Shown here in pieces: positions 13,597-26,912 of a stretch of DNA of 64,000 nucleotides (positions are counted from its first letter, which is position 1; each line of letters opens with the position of its first letter). The notes below the pieces were generated by a model that saw only the letters and a program-made list of their open reading frames with translations, ran no database searches and was not told where the DNA came from. The DNA lies in the NCBI GenBank assembly GCA_964016885.1, contig OZ024740.1:361832001-361896000 (forward strand). The letters are read 5' to 3'. The stretch is from Eledone cirrhosa (lineage: Eukaryota). Both the position numbers and the translations under genes were made by a program.

Positions 13597-16147
13597 TCTA
13601 TATATATAAAACTGAGGTTGTCTGTCTGTCTATCGATTTTTGGCACACATCTCCTCTTAGAATCTCTCACGGAATTGCACCGAAATTGCTATACTTGTAC
13701 ATTGAGCCCTAGCGAAGACATCGGAAAAAAAATATTTCAAATTGACCCGCCCTATCTGACGAAATCGAATATAATGTATCGATTTTTGAGCGTAAGTGAT
13801 GAGTTATTTCCCTTTGTTCTGTTTACATTCAGCGTAGCGTCTTACGTTCTCTTTACATTTTCTGCGTGCAAAAATTAAAAAAATGATTTCCCTTTGTTCT
13901 GTTTACATTCAGCGTAGCGTCTTACGTTCTGTTTACATTTTCTGCGTGCAAAAATTAAAAAAATTACGCTGGCAAAAATTAAAAAAATTATGCTGGCTTT
14001 CTCAGCGTTTAAAATGACATTAACACAATACACGAACAGTTGTCGAGCCAGCAAAATTTTGACCTGCAAAATTCATCAGTTCGAACACTAAGCTTCCGTT
14101 TTGCTTCATTTCCATTTAAAAGCCTTTTAAAACAATATTTTTACTTGAAAACAAGTCTATTTAAAGACTACGTAAAACAAGCAAATATTTCGTAAAAAAA
14201 AGCAAAAATTATATAAGTTTATTTAAAATATATGTATCTGTAAATTTCGTTAGGCGTGCAGACAGACAGTCGTGCAGACAGACAGTCGTGCAGAGAGGTG
14301 ATATACGCGTGCAGACAGACAGTCGTGCAGAGAGGTGATATAGGCGTGCAGACAGACAGTCATGCAGAGAGGTGATATAGGCGTGCAGACAGACAGTCAT
14401 GCAGAGAGGTGATATAGGCGATTATTTCCCTTTTATGGAATGAGCAGACGATTAGCGAATGTGCAGACGATTAAGTAAATCTTTAGTAGAGTGAATTGGA
14501 ATCTCCAGTTTGTTTAATAGCTTCATTTGCACTGTACTGCCTTTGTATGCTACAACGCTTTAAAAGTTCGGCGAGTTCATTACTTCGTAAGTTATTGATA
14601 TTTATTTTTTTATTACGACAGTTAGCAAACTTTCCCTATTAAACGTTTAAATTAATTTTACGGTCTTATAAGGCTGAATTTACTTTAATTCGGGTTATCG
14701 TTATGTTTTCTTAACTTCATAAGGCATATTGTTGGTTGAGGGAATATTAATCAAAAACACCACATGCAAGTCTGCACAGTAGACACTACAGTTTTTAAGC
14801 CAAAAAAGAAACTTAACATTGTAACTTTAACACAGCTACTGAGCGACCCCAAGCAACGCCGGGCTTTACTGCTAGTCTATATATATAAAGCTGTGGTTGT
14901 CTGTCTGTCTATCGATTTTTGGCACACATCTCCTCTTAGAATCTCTGACGGAATTGCAGCGAAATTGCTATACTTGTACATTGAGCCCTAGCGAAGACAT
15001 CGGAAAAAAAATATTTCAAATTGACCCACCCTATGTGACGAAATCGAATCTAATGTATCGATTTTTGAGCGTAAGTGACGAGTTATTTCCCTTTGTTCTG
15101 TTTACATTTTCTGCGTGCAAAAATTAAAAAAATTACGCTGGTTTTCTCAGCGTTTAAAATGACATTAACACAATACGCGAACAGTTGTCGAGCCAGCAAA
15201 ATTTTGACCTGCAAAATTCATCAGTTCGAACACTAAGCTTCCGTTTTGCTTCATTTCCATTTAAAAGCCTTTTAAAACAATATTTTTACTTGAAAACAAG
15301 TCTATTTAAAGACTACGTAAAACAAGCAAATATTTCGTAAAAAAAAAGCAAAAATTATATAAGTTTATTTAAAATATATGTATCTGTAAATTTCGTTAGG
15401 CGTGCAGACAGACAGTCGTGCAGACAGACTTTAAGCCAAAAAAGAAACTTAACATTGTAACTTTAACACAGCTACTGAGCAACCCCGAGCAACGCCGGGC
15501 TTTACTGCTAGTCTATATATATAAAGCTGTGGTTGTCTGTCTGTCTATCGATTTTTGGCACACATCTCCTCTTAGAATCTCTGACGGAATTGCAGCGAAA
15601 TTGCTATACTTGTACATTGAGCCCTAGCGAAGACATCGGAAAAAAAAAATTTCAAATTGACCCACCCTATGTGACGAAATCGAATCTAATGTATCGATTT
15701 TTGAGCGTAAGTGACGAGTTATTTCCCTTTGTTCTGTTTACATTTTCTGCGTGCAAAAATTAAAAAAATTACGCTGGTTTTCTCAGCGTTTAAAATGACA
15801 TTAACACAATACGCGAACAGTTGTCGAGCCAGCAAAATTTTGACCTGCAAAATTCATCAGTTCGAACACTAAGCTTCAGTTTTGCTTCATTTCCATTTAA
15901 AAGCCTTTTAAAACAATATTTTTACTTGAAAACAAGTCTATTTAAAGACTACGTAAAACAAGCAAATATTTCGTAAAAAAAAAGCAAAAATTATATAAGT
16001 TTATTTAAAATATATGTATCTGTAAATTTCGTTAGGCGTGCAGACAGACAGTCGTGCAGACAGACTTTAAGCCAAAAAAGAAACTTAACATTGTAACTTT
16101 AACACAGCTACTGAGCGACCCCGAGCAACGCCGGGCTTTACTGCTAG
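13597..16147 (+). mobile_element. Head-to-tail trimer of a non-autonomous Helitron (13597-14875, 14876-15511, 15512-16147)
   Basis: Each unit starts TCTATATATATAAA and ends in a subterminal hairpin (cccgagcaacgccggg in units 2 and 3) plus CTAG; exact CTAG|TC junctions; array sits between A and T with no TSD. Confidence 0.9.
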
Positions 16148-16201
16148 TGTAAAATAAAGTTAAATAAAAAGTCAAATGTTTAAAATTTAGCTTCGTTTAT
16201 T

Positions 16202-16256
16202 ACTGCTGTATATATTTCAGTGACAGACATCTTTGGCTGTGACCTCTTCAGGCAGT
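16202..16256 (-). ncRNA. Degenerate type I hammerhead
   Basis: Minus strand: actgc-CTGAAGA-ggtcacag..ctgtcact-GAAA-tatata-CA-gcagt; U16.1 is altered. Confidence 0.45.
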
Positions 16257-16271
16257 CCGAATTAGTGTGGT

Positions 16272-16466
16272 ATAGACAAGTACATATGTTGTTGAGGTGT
16301 ATAATTTTGTCAATACTCTGATATGCCCAGTTCCTGGTTGGGTTGTTATTTCACTGAGGAAATGGATATGATTCCAGTTCATCAGTGAAATAACAACCCA
16401 ACAATGAACTGGGCATATCAGAGTATTGACAAAATTATACACCTCAACAACATATGTACTTGTCTA
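16272..16466. repeat. Fold-back with ~90 bp arms
   Basis: Near-perfect inverted repeat whose arms end in CTGAGGA / CTGATGA half-cores. Confidence 0.75.
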
Positions 16467-16523
16467 AAAATGAAACGAAATTTCATTTCCCACTCTTAGT
16501 ACGGCTGTTACTTAAATATAAGT

Positions 16524-16864
16524 ATGTACACGTACATACATATATGTATACAGACGTACAGTAGTATGTATATATATATACATACATGCACACATATATA
16601 TATGTACGTATGGATTCACCGAACATTTATTATAATGCTCGGTGTGTTTGTAAACAAACATCCCGTATTAAACTATGAAACTAGTACAGCGTTCCTTTGT
16701 CAGTGTTGAACAAACGAGCAACGATGTTTGCTGGACACTGCGGCTTAATATGGGATGTATTATAATAAATGTTCGGTGAACCATACGTACATATATATAT
16801 GTGTGCATGTATGTATATATATATATACATACTACTGTACGTCTGTATACATATATGTATGTAC

Positions 16865-16870
<6 letters not shown>
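16524..16870. repeat. Fold-back element (~110 bp arms), probable Penelope-type terminal remnant
   Basis: 16524-16636 is inverted at 16757-16870; the spacer contains a GAAA-ctag-TA half-hammerhead. Confidence 0.6.
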
Positions 16871-16938
<68 letters not shown>

Positions 16939-17172
16939 CGAAGGAAGAGTGTAAGGAACCAGATGGACCATAACGCACCAGAGTACTTAATACTTAGGGT
17001 AGTAGAGTGGGTAATAGGAAAATGTTTGACTCCGACGGCAGAGCTCAAGCCGTTTCGACGGCTATTTCTGGACATATATTATCTACATGAAACTAATAAT
17101 AACATTTCGTTTTGCTGCCTCTTCGTTTTTCTGTTTTGTTTGTTCTCTGTTTACTTTTAAATATATATATAT

Positions 17173-18134
17173 ATAAACAAATAACGAAACGAAATTAAAT
17201 TTCGTTTCGTTTGTAACTCACTTTTGTATGACTGACGCTTAAACAATTAAGTTAAAAATGTACATCCACATATGTATACTGAAATACTAGTATGCATATG
17301 AATACACACACGTATACATATGTAGATGTACCAAGTCTTTCACTGGTCACTTTACTGTGAGTATCCAGCTATTCTGTATGTAAACACACAGACAAACCGG
17401 TTTTTAGAGTCATACTGGTTTTTGAGGAAACACCTTTCCTCTATTCTCCAGAAAGCCAGACAAGGAATATTGAACTAGTTTCGTTGTTGTTACAACTCAT
17501 CAGCAATATTTACCTATCTACCGGCCTTTCTGGAGAATCGTAAAAGCACATATCGTTATATGCTTTTTCTATGAAAATTAGTAGTGGGCAGACTAATTTG
17601 CATAGAGTGTGAGTACGTACCGGTTCAACGGAGACGATAAAAACAAATAACGAAACGAAATTAAATTCTATTAAATTCCAGCTATTCTGTATAAGCGTCA
17701 GTCATACAAAAGTGAGTTACAAACGAAACGAAATTTAATTTCGTTTCGTTATTTGTTTTTATCGTCTCCGTTGAACCGGTGCAAATTAGTCTGCCCACTA
17801 CTAATTTTCATAGAAAAAGCATATAACGATATGTGCTTTTACGATTCTCCAGAAAGGCCGGTAGATAGGTAAATATTGCTGATGAGTTGTAACAACAACG
17901 AAACTAGTTCAATATTCCTTGTCTGGCTTTCTGGAGAATAGAGGAAAGGTGTTTCCTCAAAAACCAGTATGACTCTAAAAACCGGTTTGTCTGTGTGTTT
18001 ACATACAGAATAGCTGGATACTCACAGTAAAGTGACCAGTGAAAGACTTGGTACATCTACATATGTATACGTGTGTGTATTCATATGCATACTAGTATTT
18101 CAGTATACATATGTGGATGTACATTTTTAACTTA

Positions 18135-18138
<4 letters not shown>
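17173..18138. mobile_element. Inverted pair of ~468-bp hammerhead-bearing non-coding units (family A, retrozyme-like)
   Basis: Minus unit 17173-17667 has terminal redundancy; plus unit 17691-18138; hammerheads at 17466-17510 (-) and 17872-17916 (+); no meaningful ORF; flanked by (TA)n. Confidence 0.8.
17872..17916 (+). ncRNA. Minimal type I hammerhead ribozyme (family A)
   Basis: aatattg-CTGATGA-gttg taacaa caac-GAAA-ctag-TT-caatatt; an identical copy lies on the minus strand at 17466-17510. Confidence 0.85.
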
Positions 18139-18177
<39 letters not shown>

Positions 18178-18181
<4 letters not shown>

Positions 18182-18430
18182 TGGCAGTGGAGACTTCTGG
18201 TGTCCTCGGCCCTAGGGCTACCTCCCTACTCACCACCATAGGCGCTGAGCTGGCCACCAGCAGGTGTGACCCCGCGATTTGGAGTGGCTTTTCCAGCGCT
18301 TCTCCCTTGCCGTCCTCCGGGGAAACGCCTTCTCCATCCTGTCCGCCGAGGCTTTGTGTGTATGTGTGTGGGGGGGGGGGGGTAGGCATCGCGTATCATT
18401 CCATATTTAAGTATGTGCACTAGTAATCTC
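18178..18430 (+). mobile_element. 3' fragment of an RLE-type (CRE-like) non-LTR retrotransposon
   Basis: LAVETSGVLGPRATSLLTTIGAELATSRCDP resembles the P.AVET.G..G..A motif at the end of restriction-like endonuclease domains. Confidence 0.55.
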
Positions 18431-18476
18431 TTGTGGCAGGAATATTTTATATTTTAGCCTTAGATTAGACTATATG

Positions 18477-18598
18477 TGTGAAGGCGTGTGGCTGAGTGGT
18501 TAGAGAATTGGATTCGCAATCGTAAGGTTGTGAGTTCGATTCCTGGACCAGGCGATGCGTTATGTCATTGAGCAAAACACTTTATTTCACGTTGCTCC
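18477..18598 (+). mobile_element. tRNA-derived SINE head
   Basis: A box tggctgagtgg and B box gttcgattcc; no tRNA acceptor stem closure. Confidence 0.75.
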
Positions 18599-18881
18599 TT
18601 CTACCTGGAGTTGCGACCGATAGATAGTATTAGCAATTGGAAAGACCAACGGAAACATTGTTCCCTCGGTCCGATTTGACGAAAGTCGATCGTCTTCCTA
18701 TATATATATATATATATATATATATCCACTGGGGACACTGAAACAACGTTTTCTCACTAACATTTATGTTCAGAATAATATCAACTACATTACATCACTA
18801 CTCATTCTTTTTACCTAACGTTTACCTTCTAGCATTTACTTATATATACCAGTCCATTTATCTACATATTTATCTACCTAC

Positions 18882-18936
<55 letters not shown>

Positions 18937-18937
18937 A

Positions 18938-20539
18938 TGGGCGACTGGCACATCGAATGTGCTCAGGCGCTCACAGTCCTCTGGCAAACAGACCCGGCGA
19001 TCAGTGGAGACTCCACTTCGACATTCTATATAGGGTTGGTCCGCAGCCAGTGCGACGACACGTTCGGAGAAACTCTAGGCGTAGAGGAGGATGAACTGGC
19101 TAGTCTGTTTGGTAGGGCCTTCCGCCCGGGACCAATGGACAACTTCAAAAAGTCCCTGGCCTGGCAGTGCTACCGAGGAGCTCTACCAGTTCGAGACAAG
19201 CTCTACAGACACGGGTGCTCAGGTAGGGACCCTTCGAAAAAGATCTGTCCGAGATGGGTGCGCGACGAGGAAACCGTCGCACGCGCATTTGTACACTGCC
19301 CGGGCGTTACCGGCCTGTGGGGCTATGTAGAACGACTATGGTCGCGGGTGGGACCAATACAGTTGACCACCGAGTCCATTGTCATGATCAAACCGCCAAA
19401 AACGAGGGAGAGGCGGTTTTCCTATGTGTTATGGCTATGGTGAAAGAGGTTATAAGGTGGACGAGGTTAAAAGGGCTGAGGTCAGACACCTTTCTCTCCG
19501 GCGAGCAACCGATTCGTTTTTTCAAATATAATTTTGGAAGAAGAATCAGGATGGAGAGAGAGGTGCTGTACCCCAGCAAATTTTATAAAAGGTGGGTGAA
19601 TGTGGCAAACATGGCCCGAGTGGTTGGGCCTTCTCTCTATATAAGCCTGTAGGGTGAGAAAAAAGAGGAAGAGAGGAAGGTAGTACTCACTCTTGGTGCT
19701 CCTGGAGATGAGGGTTGTACATTTTTTCGGGGTGTGTACAACCCCTGTGTAACACCTCCCCCCTATTGGGGATTTCAATTGTTATTTGTTATTTTATTAA
19801 TAGTTTTATTTTCATATACCTGTATGTAAACTCCCATTTGTATCTGTCCCCTTCTTTTGTGCCCTTGTGGCTAATAAATAAATTTATCTATCTATCTATC
19901 TATCTAAGCGGTTTTCCTCTGTCTGGTGGCTATGGCGACAGAGGTAATATGGTGGACGAGGTTAAAAGGACTGAGGGCAAACACCTTTCTCTCTGGACAA
20001 CAACTTATCCCCTTCTTTAAGTATCACTTCAGAAGGAAAGGTGAGAGTGGAGAGAGAGGTGCTACACCCCAGTAAATTCGCTGAAAGGTGGGTGAATGTG
20101 GCAAAAATGGCCCGAGTGAATGGGCCATCTCTGTATATAAACCTGTAGGTTGAGGAAGATAAACCGAGGGAAGACAGGAACACCTATAAAACGTGTTCCT
20201 GGTGTTGAGGGTTGTTCTATCCACGGGGTGTAAAACAACCCTGCAGTAACGTTCCCTCCTACTGGGGATTTGAATTGTTTTTTTTATTATATATTGTTTA
20301 TTGTTATTTATTAATGTTAAAGTTATTTTGTAATGTCGTCTTGTAATGTCCCATTTTTGTACGCCCCTGTGGCAAATAAAGAAAGATATCTATCTATCTA
20401 TCTACCTACCTACCTATCAATCATTCAATCACTCTACCTACCTACCTACCTACCTACCTACCTACCTACCTACCTACCTAATCTATCTATCTACCTACCT
20501 ATCTACCTACCTACTTATCTATCTATCTACCTACCTATG

Positions 20540-20583
<44 letters not shown>

Positions 20584-20745
20584 GGGGGTCTGTGTTACCC
20601 ATATAAACTGTCTCCCTCTATTGGGGAAAATCGACTAACTTTTAAATTCCATCTGTGATAACATTTTACACGTTTTTATTGTATGTAAACTTCCCCCTTT
20701 GTATTTGTCCCCTTCTTTTGTGCCCCTGTGGCTAATAAAGAAATA

Positions 20746-20779
<34 letters not shown>

Positions 20780-20780
20780 C
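18938..20780 (+). mobile_element. Second stack of Tx1/L1-like LINE 3' ends in (TATC)n
   Basis: ORF 18766-19443 contains KSLAWQCYRGALPVRDKL...CPRW..EETVARAFVHCP..LW (zf-RVT-like L1/Tx1 C-terminus); further copies at ~19907-20385 and ~20582-20742. Confidence 0.85.
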
Positions 20781-21103
20781 CTATCTATCTCCCTCTCTCT
20801 CTTCCTGTCTGCCTGTTTTTCTTCCCTTTCTTCCTGTCTATTCGTCTGTTTATATATCTTACTCTCTTTTCCCCTCCTTTTTATGTGTATTTACTATCTC
20901 TTCTCCGCTCTCAGTACCTTCTCTTGATTCCTTCCTGCCTAATACCACACACACACACACACACACACACCACACACACACAAAAAAAAACACACACACA
21001 CACACACGCACATACAAACGCACACACAAACACACAAACACAAACACACACACACAAACGCACACAAACACACACACAAACACACACAAACACACACACA
21101 CAA

Positions 21104-21144
<41 letters not shown>

Positions 21145-21620
21145 CGCACACACGCACACACACACACACTCTCTCTCTCTCTCTTTCTTACTAGCACCGT
21201 CATTATCTATTTATCTATCTATCTTGCTTCCTCTATCTCACTCCCATCACAGTGACAATCTTATCTGACTGTCTGTCTCTCCCTCTCACCCATCATCGTG
21301 ACTCTCTCTCTCTCTCGCTCCCTCCTTCTGTCACTCAGACTATCTATCTCTCGATTCTTTTTCTGCCTGTCTCATACTTTCCCGTCAGCGTGACTATTCA
21401 TCTATCTATCTATCTATCACTATTTCTCCCCTGTCTGTCTATCCTTTTGTCCTTATACCCCTCCCCCCTCTCTCTTTCGCTCTCTTTCACCTCACACATT
21501 GTGCGGTCTACTGTATAAGGAAGTGCAACCATCACTGGCTTTCAGTGTTTCAGCGTGGAATAGCAGCGGTGCGGTGGTGCGGCGGTGTGGTGGTGGGGCG
21601 TGGCGGTGTTATGTGGGGGT

Positions 21621-21657
<37 letters not shown>

Positions 21658-22229
21658 AAACCGACAGTTCACGTCTCTGATACTAGTTACATATATGGCT
21701 AACTAACTAACTTACAAGCAGAGATTGGGTTTCTTAGGCTTTCACTTGGATTTTTAGCATACCACCAAATGCAGCTATTTTCGGTTTCTATAATGGTAAA
21801 GATTCAACCTTTCTCTTTTAGATACACTTTCCTTTTCTCTTCCTTCCTTCCTCCTTTTCTTTCTTTCCTTTTCTTTCTTATCTTTTCTTTCTTTCGTTCT
21901 TTCTTTGTTCCTTCACCCTCTATTCTTTCATATTCTTAAACTTGTACTTAATAAAGTACTTAGAAAGTTAATTGTCTAACTGACTGTCATAGAGAAAGAA
22001 GTATTGTTGTTAGCCCCTTATCGGAAGATTGTCTGAGATGAGATGAGATTTCTAATGAAAGACACTGTCTATGATTTTCAACTCATTTGGAAAAAAAAAA
22101 AGAATTTGGAGCGATTTAGTAGATAACTGACTTACTCATTATTAAACCGGTGTTTAGAACATAGTTTAACAAAGTTTCTTACATACATTTACGATGGAAG
22201 ATATCTAGATAGATAAACAAGGTCAATTG

Positions 22230-22495
22230 AATAGTTCATAGCTTGAAGAGTTCATAGGCTAAACAGTTCGTAGGCTAAAAAGGTTCATAGGCTAAAATGA
22301 TCATAGGCCTAAAAGTTCATAGGCTGACCAAGATACTCTCATAGAATGACCAAAATGAGGTCTATTTTTCAACATAGTCCATGGAAAGAAACAATTCAGA
22401 TATTAATAAGAAGAGGTGAAATTAATCCATGCTAGATTTCGCAGCTCTAGCATCATTCCTTCATAGTCAGCCTATGAACTTTTCAGCCTACCATT
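22230..22495. mobile_element. Mariner-derived MITE with amplified TIR motif
   Basis: aaaagttcataggctgac ... gtcagcctatgaacttttcag inverted ends matching the mariner end at ~34500; related copy at 42119-42283. Confidence 0.7.
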
Positions 22496-22714
22496 GTAAA
22501 CACTTAAGAATAAGTAGCTTTGCAGAGGAGGTTTCAGGTGGTTCAGAAATAAGATGTTTACAAAGTACATTTTCTAAATGTCTGTCAATAAACAGATAAT
22601 ATTGTGAAATATTACTTTTAATATTTTGGAAATTAAGATTTTATTTGTAACATAAAAGAGAGAAAAAAAAACTGGGATGCTAACGATGATATTAACAGTG
22701 TATGTATGTATGTA

Positions 22715-25700
22715 CGTTATCTCTTTCTCTTAATTTCGAGTATATTTTTTTTTGACCGGCCACTTTCCTGGTGGCAAGGTTGTAAAAGAAAAGAAATTGT
22801 CATCCCTTGAATCGCAAGAATGTTTTGCAAATTTTGAAGGTGCCAGCTATCGCAGCCATTTGTAGACTATGAATTGGGGAGCTGCGCTTTTTGTCCGCAA
22901 ATCTAAGTTCAGTCATACTTTGGTCCAAGCGGGTTGGTATATAACCCGTAGCACCAATAATGATGGGTATGAAGCTAAAGGTGTATCTTGGATACTGGAT
23001 TTGTAAACTCCTCATCAATGGTCCGTAGATGTCTTCCTTCTCCTGTATTTTTCTGACAACGTTTACATCAAGTGGGCAGCTGATCTCCACAACAGAACAC
23101 GTTTTCAATGTGTGGTCCTAAACAACAATATCAGGCCGGTTGTGCTTTAATTTGGTGGCAGTTTTTATTTTCAGGTTCCACCAGTATTCCTTAGTGCCAT
23201 CTGTCTCAATATATTCTTCCTCGTTTGTTGTTAATTTTGTTTTCCGAAGTGCGTTCCAGATGGTTCTAGCTATCCCATCGTGTCTCATGGGGAGGTAGTA
23301 GCAAGATGACATTCTTTCGCAGCTGGCAACAATGTGGCTTACATCCTCGATCTTTGTTTTACATAGCCTACATTTATTGTCAGCTGCTGGCCCTCCTCTT
23401 TTGTGCAGCAGATATTTGGTAGGGAGTTCTTGTTCCTGTATTGCATAGAGATATCCCTCAAGGTGTGATGTCATAAACTTGTCAGAACTCCATGCCAGGC
23501 TTTTTGAGTGGTTTATCCCCTCTATGGTCTGTGTTGTACGTCTCAAGTATCCAACTTTTTCTGTAAATTGTTCAATTTTTTTATCTTGTTTTAACATTGA
23601 ATAGGATCTTCCGATTTTTCTGGGTGAGAGATTTATATCAGGCTTTATTCCATATCTCTCCTCCAGATCAGTCGCTATTCTAATGATATTTTTTTTTTCA
23701 TGCTCATAAACCTGGGCAAGATGGTTGCCAACCTTTTTCCTCTGTTGAAGGTGTTGCTTCAGTGTTACTATCCGGGTCTCATATGTTGTTAATATTGATT
23801 TTAGACCCCGGCCACCTTCCTTGCGTGAGAAGTATAGCTTATCCACATCACCATTGATGTTAAAGTTCCCAGTAACACTGAGAAGTTTGCGAGTTCTAAT
23901 ATCCATCTCACTTAGTTCTTGCAATGACCAGTTCAGCAGGCCAAATGTTGGCGTTAGAATTGGCACAGCATAAGTATTGTGGGCAATATATTTGTTGTAC
24001 GCTGACAATTCTGATGACCATATTTTCTTTACTCTTCTGAGGTATTCAGTTCTGGTTCTCTCCTTATTTATGGGTCCATCATATCTGACACTCTCATCCT
24101 GTCCAAGATATCTGTAGTTGTCAGGCCGTTCATCTCTAGATTTCTAGAGGAGAGCACAGCTCTTCCACGTTTTACTGCAAAATATGCACACTTGGACTCA
24201 CCAAATTTCATTTTGATGTCGGTTGAAAATTGTGTAATGAGGTCCAATTGTTTCTTGATGTCATTGATATTTGGCCCATACAACTTCAGGTCATCAAGAA
24301 AAGATGGGAGATACTTCTGGACCCACTTCTTTGTCCACCTTGTTTCCTGAGTAGGTAAGATAGTGGATTCAGTGAGAGAACGAAGAGTAGCACTGACAAT
24401 CTATCACCCTGAAAGATGCCCTTCTGGTAATGTATCTTATCAGTCTTAACTTGCTCCTTCTCACCTCTAAGGATCAAATTGGTGTACCAGTTCTTGGTCA
24501 GGCGTTCAACAGCAGCTACCAATGGTTGTGGGACTTTGGCTAACTGTAAAGCCTTAATAACCCACCAATGAGGTACACTATCAAATGCTTTTTGATAGTC
24601 CAGCCACACCACAGTCATGTTTCTGCGATTCTTTGTTGTTTTTTCCTGAATCATTTTGTTAGTTAGTAGGTGATCTATGCAACCCCACACCTCCCTCTTT
24701 CCACCAGCTTGCTCAGGTATTATGATGTTGTTGGTAGCACAGTGATCCTGTAAGAACAGGTTAAGGTACCCAGTATATAATTTATACATGATGTTTTGGC
24801 AGGCTATTGGGCGGTAATTTTTAGCAAGGGTGGTTTGGCTATTTTGGGGAATGAGGAGAGTAGTGGCAGTTGATAACCATCTGGGCAGTTCTTGTGTGCC
24901 TTTAATGGTTTCTGTAAACAGCCGTATGAGATCTTGCCGATAGAAAGTGAAATTCTTCAACCAGTATCCTGTAATGAGGTCTTGGCCTGGCGATTTCCTA
25001 TTCGACATTTTCTGTAGAGCTGTTTCCAGTATTGACCCATCTATGTCATATTGTTTTTTCTGGACATGTTGGCAGTAGTCCTGTTCCAGTTCTTTTAGCC
25101 AATTAGTTTGTCTGTTGAATCCGTCATCCGTTTCCCATACAGATCTCCAGTAGCTCTCAACCTGTTCTTTTGAAGGGGTGTCATTTACAGGGATTGAGCT
25201 TTTGCCACCGAAGCTGCGATAAACTGATTTAGGATCTCTGGCAAACAATCTATTTAGCACTTGTCGTTTATGTGCTGTTGACTTATATTTTAGTCTTTCT
25301 GTTGTAGCTGTGATTTGTTGTTTCAACTGGTGTAATTTGGAGTTCAAAGTTTTAAATTTTGTATCTCTAAATCGTCTCTCTAACTTTTTTTAGGTCTTCC
25401 TGGTGTCGTGTGAAGTTGCTCTCTATGTTGCATTTCATAACGACTGCGATGTGTGAGATACTTCGTCTCAGGGACAAAATTTTGCTTTTTAAATTTCACA
25501 TCCACGCTGGTTCAGGCTTTCTGTTTGTATCTTGATTGCGTGGTTTTAGATGTGTGTTATATGATAGCATGTGACAGCTGAAACATATAACAAAATATTA
25601 AGCGTTTCAAATGTCGTTTCTACACCTTTAGATCGTATAGCCTTCAGATAATTGCCAGCTATTTCGTTCACCGCTTCCAATTCCAATTTAGTGGGTTCTT

Positions 25701-26905
25701 TACTGATTCTGGTGTTGTATGGTCTGTCACTCACATTAAGGCTGTGTATCTCTTGAAACATATCGTTCCATATCACTTGTAAAGTGTCCACAAGTTTTTG
25801 GTGTTCTGTTTCTTCAGTAGAGTCATGAATTTCAGCCTCGTTGTTGATGTGGTGACAATTACTATTAGAGTTAGCTGACCTTTCTCGCTGTTCTTCAGTG
25901 GAAGTGGGATGGATTTCAGCAAAATTGTTGGTGAGCTGTTCACTGTTAGATTTAGCTGGCCATTCTCTTTGTCTGTCAGTGGAGGTGGGGTGGTTGTCTA
26001 CAAGGGCTGTATTTGTAGTATCACTCAATTCCGTTCGATGTATCAATTTACATCTAATGATACGTTTTGCCTGTTCATTTAAATGCTTTGGAGAAAAGTC
26101 TAATTCTGGGTGTTTGGAGTTCCATAAAGTTTTTAGCCTTTGCATAAAACCGAACTTTTGGGGTTCAGATTGTTTGTATGCTTCATATAATTCTTTGTTA
26201 AACTCGTAGCTCCACTGTATACAATGGTTGTAGTTGCGATTTGGTCGAAAGAGACTTGTACTTTCTGCCATGATGAGTTCGTCTATTCACTAATATTTCG
26301 TATTTATTTTTCAAAATAGTCGATGAACTTCTTTAAAAGTTTCGACAAAGTTCTGTCAGAATCAAATTTAAAGTTATTCACAGCTTGGGTAATATTTCTT
26401 TTCAGTTAGTTTTTAATTCTACAACTGTGTTTTAAACGTTGTTCTTGAATCGTTTGAATCGAGAACAAAAAGAACCGTTACTTAGTATATTTCTTTATGA
26501 ATGTAATATAATATAACAACGCTGTATTTATATGTTAAAGTTTATGTATCACTCATATAAATAGGTGTTCTACAACTTATTCACAACATATTCACAGTTC
26601 AAACACTTATATTTTTGTTTCTGAATCGAAAATGTTACTTGTATATTTCTTTATAAATGTAATATAACAACGTTGCATTTATATGTTAAAGTGTATGTAT
26701 CGTTCATATATCATAAGTGTATGTATCGTTCATATAAATAGGTGTTTTACAACACACTTACAGTTCAAACACTTATGTAGAATTATTGTATGTAATCTTA
26801 CCGCGTAATGTAGCTCAACTTTTTCCAATATATGGTATGTTGCCTTCATGTAAGCCGTAATTACACACGTCCGATTATCGGACACTGACCACAACGGTCG
26901 CCATT
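22715..26905 (-). mobile_element. Probably full-length, decayed R4/Dong-like non-LTR retrotransposon (RT + CCHC + RLE)
   Basis: Consecutive minus-strand ORF pieces from 26271 to 22800; (TACA)n on both sides; the 5' boundary is inferred. Confidence 0.85.
22800..26271 (-). pseudogene. Disrupted RT / restriction-like endonuclease polyprotein
   Basis: KSPGQD, NYRPIAC, WLDYQKAFDSVPH, GIFQGD, GGRGL, CRLC..EDVSHIVASC, RHD, RPDIVV and VEISCP motifs, split by frameshifts and stops. Confidence 0.92.
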
Positions 26906-26912
26906 ATGTATG

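Noticed and set aside
14254-14420. 37-bp repeats resembling a CRISPR array
   Set aside because: Contiguous minisatellite with no unique spacers and no cas genes, in a eukaryotic context.
18477-18555. tRNA gene
   Set aside because: No closed acceptor stem, and it continues into a SINE body.
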